Shown one piece after another: positions 62,167-64,000 of a stretch of DNA of 64,000 nucleotides. Location: positions 42,112 through 106,111 of the forward strand of contig CAZNUP010000002.1 in NCBI GenBank assembly GCA_964576435.1, written 5' to 3'. Position 1 is the first letter of the stretch, and every line of letters starts with the position of its first letter. Source of the DNA: an uncultured Gammaproteobacteria bacterium (GTDB taxonomy: Bacteria; Patescibacteriota; Microgenomatia; JAMCZE01). The position numbers were made by a program, and so were the translations under genes. The notes beneath the pieces are model-generated. The model searched no databases, had not been told where the DNA came from, and saw nothing but the letters and a program-made list of their open reading frames with translations.

Positions 62167-62808
62167 TTAAACCCAATCTTCTTTAGTTCTTATAAACATC
62201 CAGCCTGGATTATCTGGGCCAAAGGTGGGGTCTTTTATATCATTTGTTAGGACAAAAAGAGGTCTAACATTGTGGGCATAAACATATGCTTGAACGACGT
62301 CTTTTACATTGACAATATATTTTGTGTGGCTTCTTTTGTAGTCATGACCAAAGACAATTCCACCAGGACGGACTTTCTTGGCCCAATCGCAGATGTCGAT
62401 TGCGACGTTTTTAAAGTCATGAGCGGCATCAATGTAGACAAAATCTAGTGAGCCATCTTTGAAATCTTTAGCAGCGTCGCTGCTAAATTTCTTTACAATT
62501 TCGACGTTATAGGGAGCTAGTCGTTCTTTTGCCTGGTTAAAATAGTTGTTAATTCTATCTGTGTATTCGTTGTAGCCTTGATATGGTTCCCAAATATCGA
62601 CTGCAAATAATTTAACACCGGGGTTTTCTTTACAAATGGTTTCCGCGTGCCAACCTTGGGCGACACCGACTTCGGCACCTGTTTTGAATCCGAGTTCGCC
62701 AAGAGTTTTTGCCATTATGGTCCTATTTATTCCATGGATTTCTACTGGATTTTTAGGGTGAATCTCGAGATTAAATTTTTTAACTATGAAATCAAGTGTG
62801 TCTACCAT
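62167..62808 (-). CDS. Class I SAM methyltransferase (Methyltransf_24-like)
   Basis: GAEVGV, AVDIW, SLDFVYIDAAH, KVRPGGIVFGHDY. Confidence 0.87.
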   Translation of the reverse strand: MVDTLDFIVKKFNLEIHPKNPVEIHGINRTIMAKTLGELGFKTGAEVGVAQGWHAETICKENPGVKLFAVDIWEPYQGYNEYTDRINNYFNQAKERLAPYNVEIVKKFSSDAAKDFKDGSLDFVYIDAAHDFKNVAIDICDWAKKVRPGGIVFGHDYKRSHTKYIVNVKDVVQAYVYAHNVRPLFVLTNDIKDPTFGPDNPGWMFIRTKEDWV

Positions 62809-63290
62809 AGATTTTCTAGATCAACTAAATTACTTAATACATCAGTTCTTCTGTTATCTTCTTTCCAAATTTTCCGGTATTTAAAGAGGGGATAGATCTC
62901 GTGGTAGCTATAAGTATGATAATAGGTTTTATTAGTGTCGTGAATCACAATATACTTTGCATAATTTGCTAAGCGTTTGATGTCGACTTTTCTTCTGAAA
63001 TCAGGGGAATGGTCAACAAGAACAACATCCCAGGGCCGTTCAATGTCCGCTTTATCCCAGTCATCAACATAATTTATTTCGTGATAGGGCCCTTTGTAAT
63101 AGTCAACCCAACCATTCCATTCAGCACTGTTGTCATAGGAAACTAATTTTCTTTTATTTAAGAGGCACCAATAGTGGAGGAAGGGAGTACTAAAAACTCC
63201 AGTGCCAAGTTCCAAAACGTCACCATTAGTTAGCGAAAGAGTTCTTATTAGGGCTGGCAGGTGGGTGCCATAATTAACGGAGACTCTCAT
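62802..63290 (-). CDS. Small class I SAM methyltransferase-like protein
   Basis: VLELGTG.FST, WDVVLVDH, IVIHD. Confidence 0.7.
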   Translation of the reverse strand: MRVSVNYGTHLPALIRTLSLTNGDVLELGTGVFSTPFLHYWCLLNKRKLVSYDNSAEWNGWVDYYKGPYHEINYVDDWDKADIERPWDVVLVDHSPDFRRKVDIKRLANYAKYIVIHDTNKTYYHTYSYHEIYPLFKYRKIWKEDNRRTDVLSNLVDLENLW

Positions 63291-63292
63291 GG

Positions 63293-64000
63293 TTATTTTT
63301 TGTAGCGGCCGTTATCAATTAGCCACTGTTTATAGATTTTTTTCCAATTATCTGGCCAAGTGGGCATGGGCATAAATCTGTCAATTAACCACGATAAGTC
63401 GTTTGACCTATCCTCCCAATGGTTGCCCATCCAAAATCTGGCACACCAGTTGTAGGACTTTTTAATTCGTTCATCGGTTAGTGGCCAACCTCTTGGTCTT
63501 TGACCGCCTTTATGCATGTGGGCATACCAAGTTTTTTTGTTGACCATAACTTTCCCTTTCCATGGGCCGAGCCAGGTTTTTAAACATAACTCGGGAGGTT
63601 CCATGGCATAATTGTCATAGCCTTCAGAACTCATGCCTTTTAGTGAATTCCAGAAATAGTCTTTTGTTACAAACCAACCGGAGCCGTGCATTTGAATGGT
63701 TTCATCAATTAAAAATTCTGGTTTCCCTTCCCTTTCTGCAGTTCGTTCTGGCCAATGGCCTCCTGCTTTAAAACGAAATCCGTGGCGATCTGTAAAGGGG
63801 CAAGAAAGATAGAAATAATCGTAGTGCCTCTCATCTTGCCATTTCCAATTTTCGGCATCTAAAACATAAAATCTTGGGGTGACTAACCAATTGTCTTCCA
63901 TATCTGCTTGAAGTATTTCATCAAAGCCTTCACCAAACATACAATGAGAGTCTGATTTGTAGAGGTATTTTCCGGTGGCCATTCCGGAAAGAAGATTGAC
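63293..64000 (-). CDS. GT-A glycosyltransferase (third paralog; 5'-truncated by window edge)
   Basis: KSDSHCMF, HGSGWF, LKTWLG, VNKKTWYAH; frame open to window end. Confidence 0.83.
   Translation of the reverse strand, partial: VNLLSGMATGKYLYKSDSHCMFGEGFDEILQADMEDNWLVTPRFYVLDAENWKWQDERHYDYFYLSCPFTDRHGFRFKAGGHWPERTAEREGKPEFLIDETIQMHGSGWFVTKDYFWNSLKGMSSEGYDNYAMEPPELCLKTWLGPWKGKVMVNKKTWYAHMHKGGQRPRGWPLTDERIKKSYNWCARFWMGNHWEDRSNDLSWLIDRFMPMPTWPDNWKKIYKQWLIDNGRYKK

Overview
Bacterial chromosomal window (standard genetic code). The gene content suggests a CPR/Patescibacteria, probably Microgenomates-type, genome; this is inference from the divergent F-ATPase, MBL-less comEC, stand-alone sortase, PEGA protein, many apparently leaderless genes and tRNAs without encoded CCA. 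Left to right: (1) the end of an F-ATPase operon (atpG-atpD-atpC); (2) a 19.4 kb gene for a 6,464-aa protein with an N-terminal MerR-like HTH, one TM helix, a mosaic fibre of shuffled repeat modules and a C-terminal peptidase-S74 chaperone; (3) a housekeeping block (clan GH-A glycosidase, leuS, comEA/comEC, membrane proteins, argS, M16 peptidase, ndk, two tRNAs, sortase, mreB, WecB/TagA); (4) small HTH genes and a degenerate PIN gene; (5) a ~20 kb accessory cluster running off the right edge. That cluster holds tatC with four tatA-family genes (three missed by the ORF track), a 1,329-aa Ser/Pro mucin-like repeat protein, three paralogous phage-fibre-like proteins, glycosyltransferases with ppGalNAc-T-like motifs, an RmlD-like reductase and five methyltransferase-like genes. 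Main highlights: two T-box riboswitches with an ultrashort Stem I and cognate specifiers (CUC before leuS, AGA before argS); the Tat + mucin-like protein + glycosylation cluster; and the giant HTH-TM-fibre protein. All calls come from manual motif reading; no searches were run.
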